DNA from: Rebecca billardiae RCC1528
Taxonomy: Eukaryota; Protista; Haptophyta
Direction of reading: 5' to 3'
Length of the DNA stretch: 64,000 nt
NCBI GenBank assembly: GCA_965240325.2
Contig: OZ251234.1
Location: 434,001 to 498,000, forward strand
Position numbers and translations under genes: made by a program. The notes under the pieces are model-generated. The model did no database searches and had not been told where the DNA came from. It saw only the letters and a list, made by a program, of their open reading frames with translations. Shown one piece after another: positions 55,401-63,235 of this stretch; within the stretch, counting starts at the first letter, position 1, and each line of letters starts with the position of its first letter.

Positions 55401-55809
55401 CGTCGCGCCCGCGCTCGTCGCCGGCGGCGGCCGCGTGCACGCCGCGGGCTCGCGCGCGCCGGGCCGGCCGATCGGCGCCGGCGGCGGCGCGGTGGGCGCG
55501 GCGGTGGCGGCGGCGGCGCACGCGGTGGAGGGCGAGGACGAGGCGTCGAGCGTCGCCTTCTTCGCCGCGTCCGCGCTCTGCCTCCTCCTCGCCGCCGCGC
55601 TGCTCGCCCTCGCCCTCCTCCACCGCCGCCGCGCCAAGCGCGCGCTCGCCGACCGGCCGGGCGCGCCCTCCTCCTCCGCCTCCGCTGTCGGCTTCCGACG
55701 TCTCTCCGACGGCGGCGCCGCGCTGCCGCTCAGCTCGGGCAGCGGGCGGGAGAGCGCGAGCGACGCGGGCGCGCCGGCGAGCTCGGGCGGCAGCTCGCGC
55801 ATGCACTGA
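46435..55809 (+). CDS. giant bacterial-type alpha-2-macroglobulin-like type I membrane protein with EGF domain, no thioester motif
   Basis: Signal peptide; VFSRAV..FRWVTT..FDP Ig-like domain; DAALYRPGDVVRVKGWVR; DKAEYRQGD; LRTHF..LWAP...LPDNVGTW; PRLARVGDRF; PAGLEPLDP...AGSFRLPPTHA; EGF CSGHGEC..CACDPGWAGGAC; C-terminal TM. Confidence 0.85.
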   Translation: MSPRAMLPLFLALAASAALTCSAAFLESLPLNVTSVIPGSPRSLASSAPRSLSRRDAITMVFSRAVIALGADWDGAPPAFELDPPTTPGSFRWVTTAIARFDPEEDWPPDLDLTVAPARGLATFDGVGLRERVEVRYRTPALTMYLAHVQSARATNATDGLWDARTAPVEPGYAELPPDGAVLLTFSAPVDPAATVGALRLRAPGGGALRRVHGRGGTSAPVPGLRLGCDQDPAARNTTLCVELSAPLPPGARVLLLLPKGSRAHALFGPTRADLSVELSGLAPFAFPFLQTEPKPYGLRPKYRRLDLWLRHGLGAGAGAPPAALGSAAEATALLALSSAMTVEPALPFNLSRPSPGVLRLAAPFEGETQYKITVDAAKAARAAREASAPRGGDGGAAAALIDAFGLEFGGGSLRSDVASPSAVAHTTFVTQRLPPFLCDSGGHAFFMPSGADEDADADADKQDTAASAASGGGTGGAPAALLMLARGQNHCLGGEEACKLRALAEQEPTDPTLAALRAEWGLSAQDAARLRERAREARAAKLLADPNYGAPVTVTLAAVDEASLPAAIATVLSDRHDYVPPAGASIRSGDEYAPPGARAEGSAHAPPRPRPSLFARGARPGAEVRVPGSNGTSSLLLPTAAALGPTGLAVRTRWASFDERARTVGSEPTGARKSSHWLGAPRYGALALASYAARRGAGGEAAELALWVTRLGGGGGVAPGVRVALYTTLRPQPGVMRPEHVQLVAEATTDSHGVALLALPQPWAAEVEAWDARVGAQRTLVGAVLDGTGHITLLPAIEPRPALPQPSGARASLALDAALYRPGDVVRVKGWVRERRAEEGAAGAGRGGPPGRFTPGGSPLAVALARAASGADGADDDSAEAAAAAAAAATPSLAVPAAAATRRLRLRVRWRAPHDKGSSGDRGAQLGYTPHDDPVSATDGLTELPLDADAEFGAFEAQLAVPPDAERAPTSLELWSEPDSPDGAEALVLEMLEDLGEGGAAPRAEPELLASAPLLVAEPRPPTVALELSAVGAPAGAAVGAAGGAAVSTFSTFADGEPVRVRVRTATYLGVPVGRAPVSVDWSVRGAYGGGGGAVPAGASARAPDAAWTADLRALSGGGGGAGSASTLAAGAEGGAEAAPTSGRIELTTDDDGLALLTLDAKSHADAFDALAAAAEGGALSVHARWVGPTRELVTASLELGAVAGPGGGRLALATSPPIPLPGYDFGVATHFEVDADADADAAAAADAAAGGGGGGVAMDVALFAAEAAPSAAHVRAHGLSELSAALAHTSCAANARAFGADAHGCLLRMPARAAATVLVACARRGGAARGAADAPPLACAAARVGKSASEWSASPLARLDPSGGAAHFFADKAEYRQGDLATISWVAPHAAGAHALALWGDERALRSSSARALPSGAQSLALRLGAECATGCGLALALAAPARAAPLALPAAVATSALADTRAPTALLLRRTLAVRAPPPELRVELSVEPGSAPPPGAGAPAAPHLAPGTSARVRVRVRDAATGAAPPGGAQVSLLAIERSMLDVLPHALPVPEAAFAELRARRAAPPAAQYLSQPHPSAADAVLSSAAVYARAAAAIGRLSGAEPWWRPPSGAAWARLDASGGGWGGGYAGRWDGGYGGAAEPDLTRALEQNLTTLLAAMATRITACPNGCRPGGGGGWFGDGWGEEGFGMMRSRSVRFEAMDAMSFGAAPVMMMEAEAMDDGGGSGGGGGGGGAKAMRSRAAGGAVEAESAAGAAEAGAGGGAPSMALRTHFERVGLWAPTLRVPASGEAVVSWNLPDNVGTWVVRAHAASASAGAFGQAETSVVAARALSLLPSAPRLARVGDRFACGVSARIVDAQALFAAAADAGGAGGAGTDGGGGGAHGADPPSVELRLYVAVQRADGPAPGADAQPPLPLSLAPADAAHPDAPAARARVSRAAAAAPVELTATLEAAALGAANLTLRVEAVRVGGGGAVLASDSLTHALAVEPAAPSVRVATTFSVDGDAAALRELDAAAARADARLSGAGAGVGASERALGAARGHPAREYAKCAVLPWREGLAFPPAEPGSGQIAISAGVGFEAAARALAAGADAAVAHATREGASADELHRLSSTTLLAALVGSRLVNGTYAAAPDGAEGGALGGHAAVRGASRAGARPPPAARAWEAAAEAELRARTREDGGGLCSVGGRWCGASSRTVHHPSPPGAYGATYACARAYSAGAQSAWPPEAAADVPLLGTALRLLGDALAAGARVPEGVRALAPRWADALGRALAWDAVQQTCAAAELRGNGAGGAAEVAVDAAAWAAAALGVGWAEGAAAQPYATWPLSSAPAAPGPDELSWLGETHGAAAAAAARAGAARALLSARALLAALEREGSAAGPRADALFALGVLAPPPSAALSAAQPAPDSPPLVRGAHAAARRLVGGLRVTGRTAYVSAAPGSAHGADGETQALALGALAAATARAAAHAAEPPPANLAPRLAQTVAAGGAGAAVARVGGGGGSAGGPLVGRAGALRAAALCAYDAATGGAAPHLRFEALVGSRPLLRAAFDADAPGGGVRMAGVAMPWAQLSASAGRAARVPAARALPAPGATSARGAEEPLLFFARGEGRVGVALDLSFTPRSTGAHTAPRYRGLHVERALRAERADSGGRAGRALRGAALNVSQAVRVSISVTTADDVSWLVVEERPPAGLEPLDPAVYGAQDAGDSALDGLQSCPRWYGGRGYDSGYPGYSGYGGGWWGACLPAFEREIRPGLVRWSARFVGAGTHTLSYTALAATAGSFRLPPTHAYLEEEPEVMGLSEAGTLVVRGRGEGGAHPHPPDAPAPPVSCADMSCSGHGECDTAAGACACDPGWAGGACEREAGAHALTVARAEEGEEPGSAVFKYAVRPAASEDDDAAAAHADAPVLYAYAFSSDEGALPAERVSIDEAARSVRIRPLPPSAGGGAAFLTLVASHDGTSVLSRVLRVHVLPSGAVRALALDTVAPALVAGGGRVHAAGSRAPGRPIGAGGGAVGAAVAAAAHAVEGEDEASSVAFFAASALCLLLAAALLALALLHRRRAKRALADRPGAPSSSASAVGFRRLSDGGAALPLSSGSGRESASDAGAPASSGGSSRMH

Positions 55810-56808
55810 CACCCGCGCCCGCCGGCCTGCCGCCGGCCGCCTCCGCGCACGCACGCATGCCCGTTGCCTGTGTCGCCACCGCCCCGGCCGCTGCGGCCGC
55901 GCGGCTCCGCGCTGCGCTGCACACCTGCCGGCACGCGACCCGCGGACCGCGCGCGGCATCGCGGGCGGGCGGCGCACGCGCACTCGCCCGCGCGCAACCG
56001 CGCGGCCGAGCACGGCCTGCTCGCGGCAGGCCACACCCTGCGCCCTCGGGACGTGCTCGGCTCGTCGCCCCCCGCTTCCACCCGCCCCGCACGGCCGCAC
56101 TGCGAGCGTCGCGAAGACTTCCATCACGCATGAGCGACGGCGCCGTGCGAGGCCGCGCGGCCCTGGCAGCGCTGTCCGTCTGCGACTCGAAGTGCTCCGT
56201 TCTGCTCCAGCATCCCCATGGCGGCGCTGCCCGCGGCTGCCGCCTTCGTCCCCTCGATCCTCATCGCCATCCAGCACTACTCACGACCAAGTCGCCATCC
56301 AGCGCAATCCCGTGGCATATTCCTGTCCGATCAATATAACGCGTACACGCGTGCACTAATCACTATGCTCAGTGCGCACACATCAATCCAGTCGCCACAG
56401 CCTCTCGTCGCTGATTCCCGCTGCTGATCGGAATTCTGCTGATATGAGCATATACATATGCGCTGACGATATGCGCGCGCATATATATATATGATGATCG
56501 ATGCATGATGCCGTGCGGCCCGTGCTACGTGCGCCGCGGAAGCTGCGGCTGCTGCTGATTCCTGCTGAATGACTCGCGCCTCACTGGCACTGTATAGTCG
56601 ATCATCGCCTGCAGCATGCCGAGTAGTAGTAGCAGCGCTATCTAGATGACGCCTGCGCGCTAGTAGCTAAGACGCGTAGTCGTCGTACGTGTAATAACGT
56701 CGTCAATATATCGACGAGCTAGCAGGCGTGCTGAGGCGGCCGTCCTGCGCCCGCCAGCCTGCTGTCTGAGCGCTGACGCCAGTGACGCCGCCGCCGACAT
56801 GCGCATGA

Positions 56809-58338
56809 TCAGGGCGCGGCCTGCGCTGCCTGGGCTGCCTGCGCCGGCGCGCGCCGCCCGCGCTGCCTCAGCCGGTGCGGCCGGCGGCCTCGGCGCTGCG
56901 ACAGCCCCTTCTCCGTCGCGCCGTACGCAAAGTCGTGCTCCGGACTCAGGCCGCCCTCGAGCAGGGGCGAGGGCGGCTCGGCGCCGTCCGCTGGCGCGTC
57001 CACGCCTCCGCGCAGCTCGCGGAAGCGGCGGATGTGCGCGACGACGGCGCGCTCGACCACGGCGTTCGCCCCGGCCGTCTCGCACCCCGCCGGCAGGCTC
57101 TGGTTGCACCGCGGCACGCGCAGCGACTCGTAGCTCCCCAGGCAGCGCCGGCCGGTCTCGAGCGCGATCGCGCGCGTGCAGAGCGTCTCACTGTCGTCCT
57201 TGCCGCACACGAACAGCGTGGGCACGCTCACGTTGGGCACGGTGGCGCCCGCGGGCGCGCCGTCGTTCGGGTCGCCGTCGAAGAGCATGCGCATCACCAC
57301 CGTGTCCGACGACGCGCCCGCGCCGATCAGCTGATCGACGCCCATCTTGGGCGGCAGCGGGAGCCACGCGCGCGCGGGCGGCGGCGCGGCGCTGCCGGCG
57401 GCGGCGGCGGCGGCGCTCGCGTAGAGGCCGCCGTTGGAGTACCAGTCGAGGGCGTGCTGGAACTGCGTGGCGGTGGCCCAGCCGCCGTAGTGCGGGTCGA
57501 TGGTCGGCGGCGCCTGCGTCACCAGCGCGGTGAAGAGGCTGTCGCCCGCCGCGGACGCCGCGCCCGGCTCGCTCAGCACGGTCAGCCTCTGCGCCGCCAC
57601 CTGCTGCGCGAGGTCCGCGGACGGGCCGTAGAGCGCGGGGCCGAGCGCGGCCGGGTGCGGCGCGGAGAGGGAGGTGAACGAGAGCACGCGCTCCGCCGCC
57701 CACTCCGCCGTGCCCAGCGCCACCCAGCACAGCGTCGCGCCGACGTCGTGGCCGATCAGGTGCAGGCGGCGCAGGCCGTGTGCGTCCGCGAGCGCGCGCA
57801 TGTCGTCGATCAGCAGCTCGGGCGCGTACGCGTCGGCGGCGGCGGGGCGCGCGCCGCGCGAGTAGCCGCGCATGTTGCACGCCAGCGCGCGCACGCCCAC
57901 CTCCTCCGCCAGCGCGACGAGCAGCCCGTCGTACACGTACGAGAACTCGGCAAAGCCGTGCACCAGCAGCACTCCCTCCTCGCGCGCCGCGCCCGTCAGG
58001 CCGCCGGGCGGCTCAGTGGCGCGGCAGTCGAAGGTGAGCTGGGGGTCGGTGCCGTTCGCGTCCTTGGGCTCCGGGCTGATGGTGATGAACGCGATCCGAT
58101 CGCCGAACACCTCCTCCTCGTGCGCGCTGAACTCGCCCCACGACAACCGCGGGTCGACCGGCGTCGCGTTCGCCGCGCCGCTCGCATTGGCGCTCACATT
58201 CTCGGCCACGGCGGCGTCGACGAGGCGCACGGGGCGCGGTCCGAGCGGCGCGTGCCCTCCGACAAGGCTCGCCACCACCACGCCTGCGACCACCAGCGCG
58301 CAAGACCCGCCTGCGACAGCGCGGCGGCGGCGCCACAT
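56809..58338 (-). CDS. alpha/beta hydrolase, epoxide-hydrolase-like, with N-terminal membrane anchor
   Basis: VLLVHGFAE, MRGYS, GHDVGA (Asp nucleophile), PTLFVCGKDD. Confidence 0.85.
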   Translation of the reverse strand: MWRRRRAVAGGSCALVVAGVVVASLVGGHAPLGPRPVRLVDAAVAENVSANASGAANATPVDPRLSWGEFSAHEEEVFGDRIAFITISPEPKDANGTDPQLTFDCRATEPPGGLTGAAREEGVLLVHGFAEFSYVYDGLLVALAEEVGVRALACNMRGYSRGARPAAADAYAPELLIDDMRALADAHGLRRLHLIGHDVGATLCWVALGTAEWAAERVLSFTSLSAPHPAALGPALYGPSADLAQQVAAQRLTVLSEPGAASAAGDSLFTALVTQAPPTIDPHYGGWATATQFQHALDWYSNGGLYASAAAAAAGSAAPPPARAWLPLPPKMGVDQLIGAGASSDTVVMRMLFDGDPNDGAPAGATVPNVSVPTLFVCGKDDSETLCTRAIALETGRRCLGSYESLRVPRCNQSLPAGCETAGANAVVERAVVAHIRRFRELRGGVDAPADGAEPPSPLLEGGLSPEHDFAYGATEKGLSQRRGRRPHRLRQRGRRAPAQAAQAAQAAP

Positions 58339-58499
58339 CGGGGCACACCGCTGTTCGGCGCCCGGCAGATATCTGGGGTGCCGCCGACAAATCCCTGACG
58401 GGCTCGTGGCCGCGGGATCGACGAAACCGCTGGGATCTTATGACCAAGTTTGCTCTCGATCTTGATTCTGTATTGGATCGCACAAAGCTCATCTTTGGT

Positions 58500-61400
58500 C
58501 TACGTACTCTGTCCTTATTGGATTACCTTAAATTCCCCTTTATAACGGGCTCCGGGTGATCAGACTGGCGGCCGAAGCCTCCAGCCCTACCCTGGCCAGC
58601 CCCCAACCAACCACCACCCTCACCCAACCTCAAACCACTGACCGATACACCGAGTGCCTTGACACCACTCCGCTGTGGACAGCCCGCCTCCAGAGGGGGC
58701 GGGGGTATGCCATTGCCGACAGCATACAAGCCCAACACTGTGGGGTGGTCCCAGGTACCAGCAGTGCACTGCCTTGCAATTCGAGATCATCGAGTTTGAG
58801 CCGAGTCGGCAGACTGGGCACCCCCTAGGGCGCCCCAGTGTGGGCAGAGGGCCAGCCACTAGCCGATCCCTGCGCGGGGGAGGGGACGGAGGGGGCTGTC
58901 AGCGAGCCCAGTAGCTGGGCAGGGGTCTGGGCCACTGGTCCTGGCAGTGAGGCGCCTGTATTTCACTCGTGCTGCTATGGAGGCAGATGGTGTCATGTCA
59001 GACATGTGTGCGATATCGGGCATCAAGTCAGGGCGTGGGCCGCTGTAGGACGCAAGCAGAGTGGTGGCGATGGCTAATACGCCTGGGGAGGTGTCGTTTG
59101 CGCGCCTCTTTCTGCTGCTCTTTGCAGGGGGTTGCATACTTCGTTGCGCAGGCTGAGCCTGCCTGCCAGTTGGTGTTAGGATAGGCACATTTGCCTGGTG
59201 GGGTGGGCAGTGTCGTTTGGGCGGGGGGCTGTCTTGCTGAGCTTGACTAGGAGGAGGCAGCCTGCGCCTGGGGGCTGCCAGTGTCTTGGCAGAGCCAGCA
59301 GGTGGCTGTGTGGCCTGCTGTCCAGTGTCTGACTGTGTAATGCCGTTGTGAGCTCCGTGACCAGTGCGACTGCCCGCAGCAGGGTCTGCCTCAATCTCAG
59401 GGCCCCCATGTGTCAACACATTGTCCGACGGACGCACATCGCTGCGAGCCAGTGGGGTAACATATTGGAGCGGCCATGCCACAAGAGGTGTGGCAGGCTG
59501 CAGAGGCCACGCAATCACCATAGGGAGGGGGCGAGCACGCTGTAGGGGCCATGCCCGCAAGAGTAGCTGAGGGCGCACGTGGTGACCGCGCGCTATTGGC
59601 TGGTGCAGGTTGGCCTGCCCCGCGCCTGCCTGCCAGCCCTGGCCAGCCTGGGCAGGGGGTTGCTGCTGGATGACAGGTGGTCCCTGTAACTGATTATTCA
59701 TGGCAATCACCCCTCCTGGGCCTGCCTGTGCCTGTGGGGGCGGGGGCTGCCCCCCCTGGTCGTGCCCAGGCGGCGGCCGAAGCTCCCTGGCATGTCGGAG
59801 GAGACGCCCTGCCTTTGACAGCTGGGAGTCCACGTCCTTGCGGGCCTGCATGATGCCTAGCCCTGCCTTCAGTAAGGCCACGTGCATGGTCCTGCCGAGA
59901 TGCACGTTGCCCCCCACAGTGGTCTTCAGTGTGCTGGGCACCCTGCCCAAGAGGGCAGCCCCAGAGCACACATGTCGCGCCAAGTTCCATGCTGCAGCCT
60001 GTCCCTGCATGAAGGGCTCAATTATATGCGATATGCTTCTGGCAGCAGTCTCGCGGTAGGCATCGACCTCAGGGCACTCGGAGAAGAGGTGGTGTTCAGT
60101 ATCTGGCGCTGGATGTAGCAGTGGAGTATGATCACAGAGGGGGCAGGCATCGCTAAATGCAGCCCCAGACTGGAATCGCACAGATAACAACGTCGGGTCT
60201 CGCAGGGCAGCCGGCTGCAGGAACTCATATCCGTGGTGGAGTATGTAGTAGGCAGGCACAGTGCTGGCCTGCCAGGTCCGTAGGATGCCAGTGGAGGCCT
60301 CTGGCCACACGCCAGTCCATTCGCCCACCAAGTCACAGCTGGACTTGGTGGCTTGCAGGTGCGTTGCCCTTTGTGACAGCACACTGTCATACACAAGGGG
60401 CTTGATTCTGCCTGCCACTGGCTCTCCGTTGGCCAGCTGTACCAGCGCATGAGAACCCGCATTTGGGTGGCCACCTCTCTTGTGAGTCACACAGGGGGTT
60501 GTGGGGTCAGAGCAGCATAGCTTGGCCCCAGCATCGCTGCATGCGTTGAGCAGGGTTTTGGGGTTCATCCCTGCTTGGCGCAAAGCCGCCACACTGTGTT
60601 GGCTGACAGTGCAGTGATGGTCCCCCTGAGTGTGAGTGAGGCTGAGGTGTAGCGCTGCAGCATCGTCAGCAGAGTGCGCCTTGACATGCTCAAATGAAGT
60701 GGTGCTGCCATGCATCAAGCGGCGCCAGCCCACCAGGCTCATGACCCTGGCGATGTATGGTGCGTACGCGTGGTGCCCCTGCCGCAGCCGTCGGTCCCAG
60801 GGGTCGTTTTGCCACATTTCGGCGGCCTTTACCATTTCCTGCAGGTCAGTGCACACCAGCAGGTTGGCGGTGGGGTCTATCTGCACCAATGCATCGGTGA
60901 TGGCCATGAATTCGGCTGGGCCTGGTGCCTGGTGCCCCTCGAACTTGGAGCAATACACATGCACAGGGGCAGTGTAATTGTTGCCACTGAAGAAGGAAAA
61001 GGCACATGCAGCCTGTCCGTTCTCTGCATCGAATGAGCCGTCAGTGGCCACCATTAGCATGCCAGGTACAGGAAGTGCCGGCAGATGGCGGGGATTGGGT
61101 GGATCACAGATAGTGCGCTTGGCGACAGGCACGTGCCCCAGGTACCTGTAGTAGCTCTGGTCGGTCAGGACTGCCCTCAGCATATCCCTCACTGCCAGTA
61201 TCACCGCCGGGCGGGACCTATGTGGCAGTGAGGACAGCTCAGCATAGAACGCAGTGGAGACCATCTGTCTTGGTGGCTGCTGCATGAGCACACCTAGCAA
61301 CACGTGCTGGGTACCGTTCACCAGTGAGTGCTCGATCCGGCTGAGCATCTCTCCGTTCGCGTCAGGGAGGCCGCGTGGTGCCAAGCAGGGGAGGGCAGCT

Positions 61401-61680
61401 GCCCCTGGCATTGCTGCGAGTCTTGTATATGCCCTGTGGGTCCGGTTTGTGGCCAGCATCCCGAGACCGGGGGCCAGCTGCTGCATCAGCTTGCTGCCGA
61501 GGTTCACTTCGGATGGGAGCAGTGCCCACCCCATGCGTCGTACAGAATTTCTCCCGGTGACGATGGTGGAGGCAAATGTAGAGGCGCCGCGTACGCGCGC
61601 CCGCGCCGGGTGCTCGACTGATTGCAGGGCACCCATGGCTGCCATGGACGTGCGCGCACATAGCCCATCACATCAAACTC
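58500..61680 (-). mobile_element. 5'-truncated non-LTR retrotransposon
   Basis: Abrupt composition change (few CpG); ORF with RNase H and CCHC finger, RT core absent; boundaries approximate. Confidence 0.75.
58859..61645 (-). CDS. C-terminal part of LINE ORF2 (RNase H, zinc finger, Gln/Pro-rich tail)
   Basis: ATDGSF, AEFMAI, CTDLQ, HVKAHS, NACSDAGAK (RNase H); CPLC...EHHLFSEC. Confidence 0.8.
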   Translation of the reverse strand: MAAMGALQSVEHPARARVRGASTFASTIVTGRNSVRRMGWALLPSEVNLGSKLMQQLAPGLGMLATNRTHRAYTRLAAMPGAAALPCLAPRGLPDANGEMLSRIEHSLVNGTQHVLLGVLMQQPPRQMVSTAFYAELSSLPHRSRPAVILAVRDMLRAVLTDQSYYRYLGHVPVAKRTICDPPNPRHLPALPVPGMLMVATDGSFDAENGQAACAFSFFSGNNYTAPVHVYCSKFEGHQAPGPAEFMAITDALVQIDPTANLLVCTDLQEMVKAAEMWQNDPWDRRLRQGHHAYAPYIARVMSLVGWRRLMHGSTTSFEHVKAHSADDAAALHLSLTHTQGDHHCTVSQHSVAALRQAGMNPKTLLNACSDAGAKLCCSDPTTPCVTHKRGGHPNAGSHALVQLANGEPVAGRIKPLVYDSVLSQRATHLQATKSSCDLVGEWTGVWPEASTGILRTWQASTVPAYYILHHGYEFLQPAALRDPTLLSVRFQSGAAFSDACPLCDHTPLLHPAPDTEHHLFSECPEVDAYRETAARSISHIIEPFMQGQAAAWNLARHVCSGAALLGRVPSTLKTTVGGNVHLGRTMHVALLKAGLGIMQARKDVDSQLSKAGRLLRHARELRPPPGHDQGGQPPPPQAQAGPGGVIAMNNQLQGPPVIQQQPPAQAGQGWQAGAGQANLHQPIARGHHVRPQLLLRAWPLQRARPLPMVIAWPLQPATPLVAWPLQYVTPLARSDVRPSDNVLTHGGPEIEADPAAGSRTGHGAHNGITQSDTGQQATQPPAGSAKTLAAPRRRLPPPSQAQQDSPPPKRHCPPHQANVPILTPTGRQAQPAQRSMQPPAKSSRKRRANDTSPGVLAIATTLLASYSGPRPDLMPDIAHMSDMTPSASIAARVKYRRLTARTSGPDPCPATGLADSPLRPLPRAGIG

Positions 61681-61853
61681 ACCGGCACTCATCGACTATC
61701 AAGTAGCTTACATATTGTACCCGCGAAAGCTCGCCGGCGAGTGCGCGACAACCAGCAGCGCTAACGCCGACAACCGCCGGACCGCCGGTGCGACGCACTG
61801 AGCCGCTCTCACATCACTGCCAGGCGCCAGATCACACACAGCCCGGCGACAGC

Positions 61854-62873
61854 CTAGCTAAGGTCAGAGACTGTGCAGTTGCTCTCTTTGCCGGGGCGGA
61901 AGGTGTGGCCGTGCACCTTGGCGACGTAGTTGCTCTCTGCGTGCTCCCGGCGCAGGAGCGCCTCGTGCGCCGCGCTGCTGCAGCGCTCGGGTCTCCAGTC
62001 GTTGGCTGCGCTCACGAGCGTGCCGCACACCGCCTCGAGGGCCTGGTGCAGCTCGCGCTGCGCCGAGCCGGTGCGCAGGTCGAGCCGCGCCAGCACGGGC
62101 CGCGCCGCGGCCCCCGCCGAACGCGCGCCGCCGCCGCTGCCGTTCGCCGTGCGCGCCTCGTCGGGCGCTGATCCCGCCGGGGCCCACAGGCCGAGCCGGC
62201 GAGCGCGCGCCCAGCCTTTGCGCGTGAGCTCGATGGCGCAGTGCTCGGCGACCGGCATACTCCCCGGGTTGCGCACCCCGAGCGCGCGCAGCAGCTGCGT
62301 GGCCAGCGCATGCCGCTGCCAGAACGGAGCGGCCATGCTGTTCACACCGCTCACCATTCGGCCGTCGCACGCGCGCGCGAGCGGCGCGACGCACATGCGG
62401 AGCGGCGTGGAGTGCTGCAGGAAGAGCAGCCGCTGCTGGAACTCGGGCAGCGTGTCCGCCAGCTGCAGTGCGGCCAGCTGCCCTTCGTCGCCGCGCATCC
62501 GTACGACCCGCGCGCCGTGCGGCGCCGCGATCGAGCCCACGTCCCAGCCCGATGCGGAGTCGGCGACGACGACGCGTGCGCCGGGTGCGAACCGGCGAAT
62601 CGATGCGAGCGTCTGATTGAGTACCAGCGCGTTGTGCTCGTTGCAGATGTGCGCAGTCAGCAGGGCGGTCATGTTGGGTTGCGGCCGGCACGAGCGAGGC
62701 GCCGGCGTGCCAGGCGTCGCGGATCGCGCCGGCCTGCGAGGCGTCACGGATCGCGGCGTCGGGAGCATCTTGGACAAGGTGCGCGGCGGCTGCGGTGCCC
62801 TCTTCAGCTCAGCCGCCGTGATACACGCCGCGAGGATGGCGACGACGGCCGCGGGATGGCGACGACGCGTCAT
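61854..62873 (-). CDS. secretory-pathway glycosyltransferase-like (GT2/GT-A) protein
   Basis: Signal/anchor peptide, Pro-rich stem, LNQTLASIRRFAPGARVVVADSAS, LLFLQHS. Confidence 0.55.
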   Translation of the reverse strand: MTRRRHPAAVVAILAACITAAELKRAPQPPRTLSKMLPTPRSVTPRRPARSATPGTPAPRSCRPQPNMTALLTAHICNEHNALVLNQTLASIRRFAPGARVVVADSASGWDVGSIAAPHGARVVRMRGDEGQLAALQLADTLPEFQQRLLFLQHSTPLRMCVAPLARACDGRMVSGVNSMAAPFWQRHALATQLLRALGVRNPGSMPVAEHCAIELTRKGWARARRLGLWAPAGSAPDEARTANGSGGGARSAGAAARPVLARLDLRTGSAQRELHQALEAVCGTLVSAANDWRPERCSSAAHEALLRREHAESNYVAKVHGHTFRPGKESNCTVSDLS

Positions 62874-63235
62874 CGGTCCTGGCGGGGGAGGCCGGCCGCC
62901 ATCATCATCATGATGCTCGAGCGAATTGCGGAAATAAGCCGCCGCGCAGTGAATTTCTTTTTTTAGACAACGCACTGGCAGTCCGCACCTCCGTCACGCA
63001 GCGGGGCCCGGGGCCGGGGCCCAGTCGGACCACGGACAGCAGACGACGCCTGCGACAGACTGGTGCCGTGAAGGAGCCGGCGTGCCGCCAGGCGAGCTTC
63101 GGGCGTGATGGCGCGGCACTCGTGTGCGCCGTGTGAGCGCCGCGGCCAGTGCCAGGCCCAGGCGCCATCGTCCGTCCCTCTGCGAGCCCCGGCCGGACTC
63201 TGATGCCACGGGATGTGCCGCAGCCGGCAGCGGAC

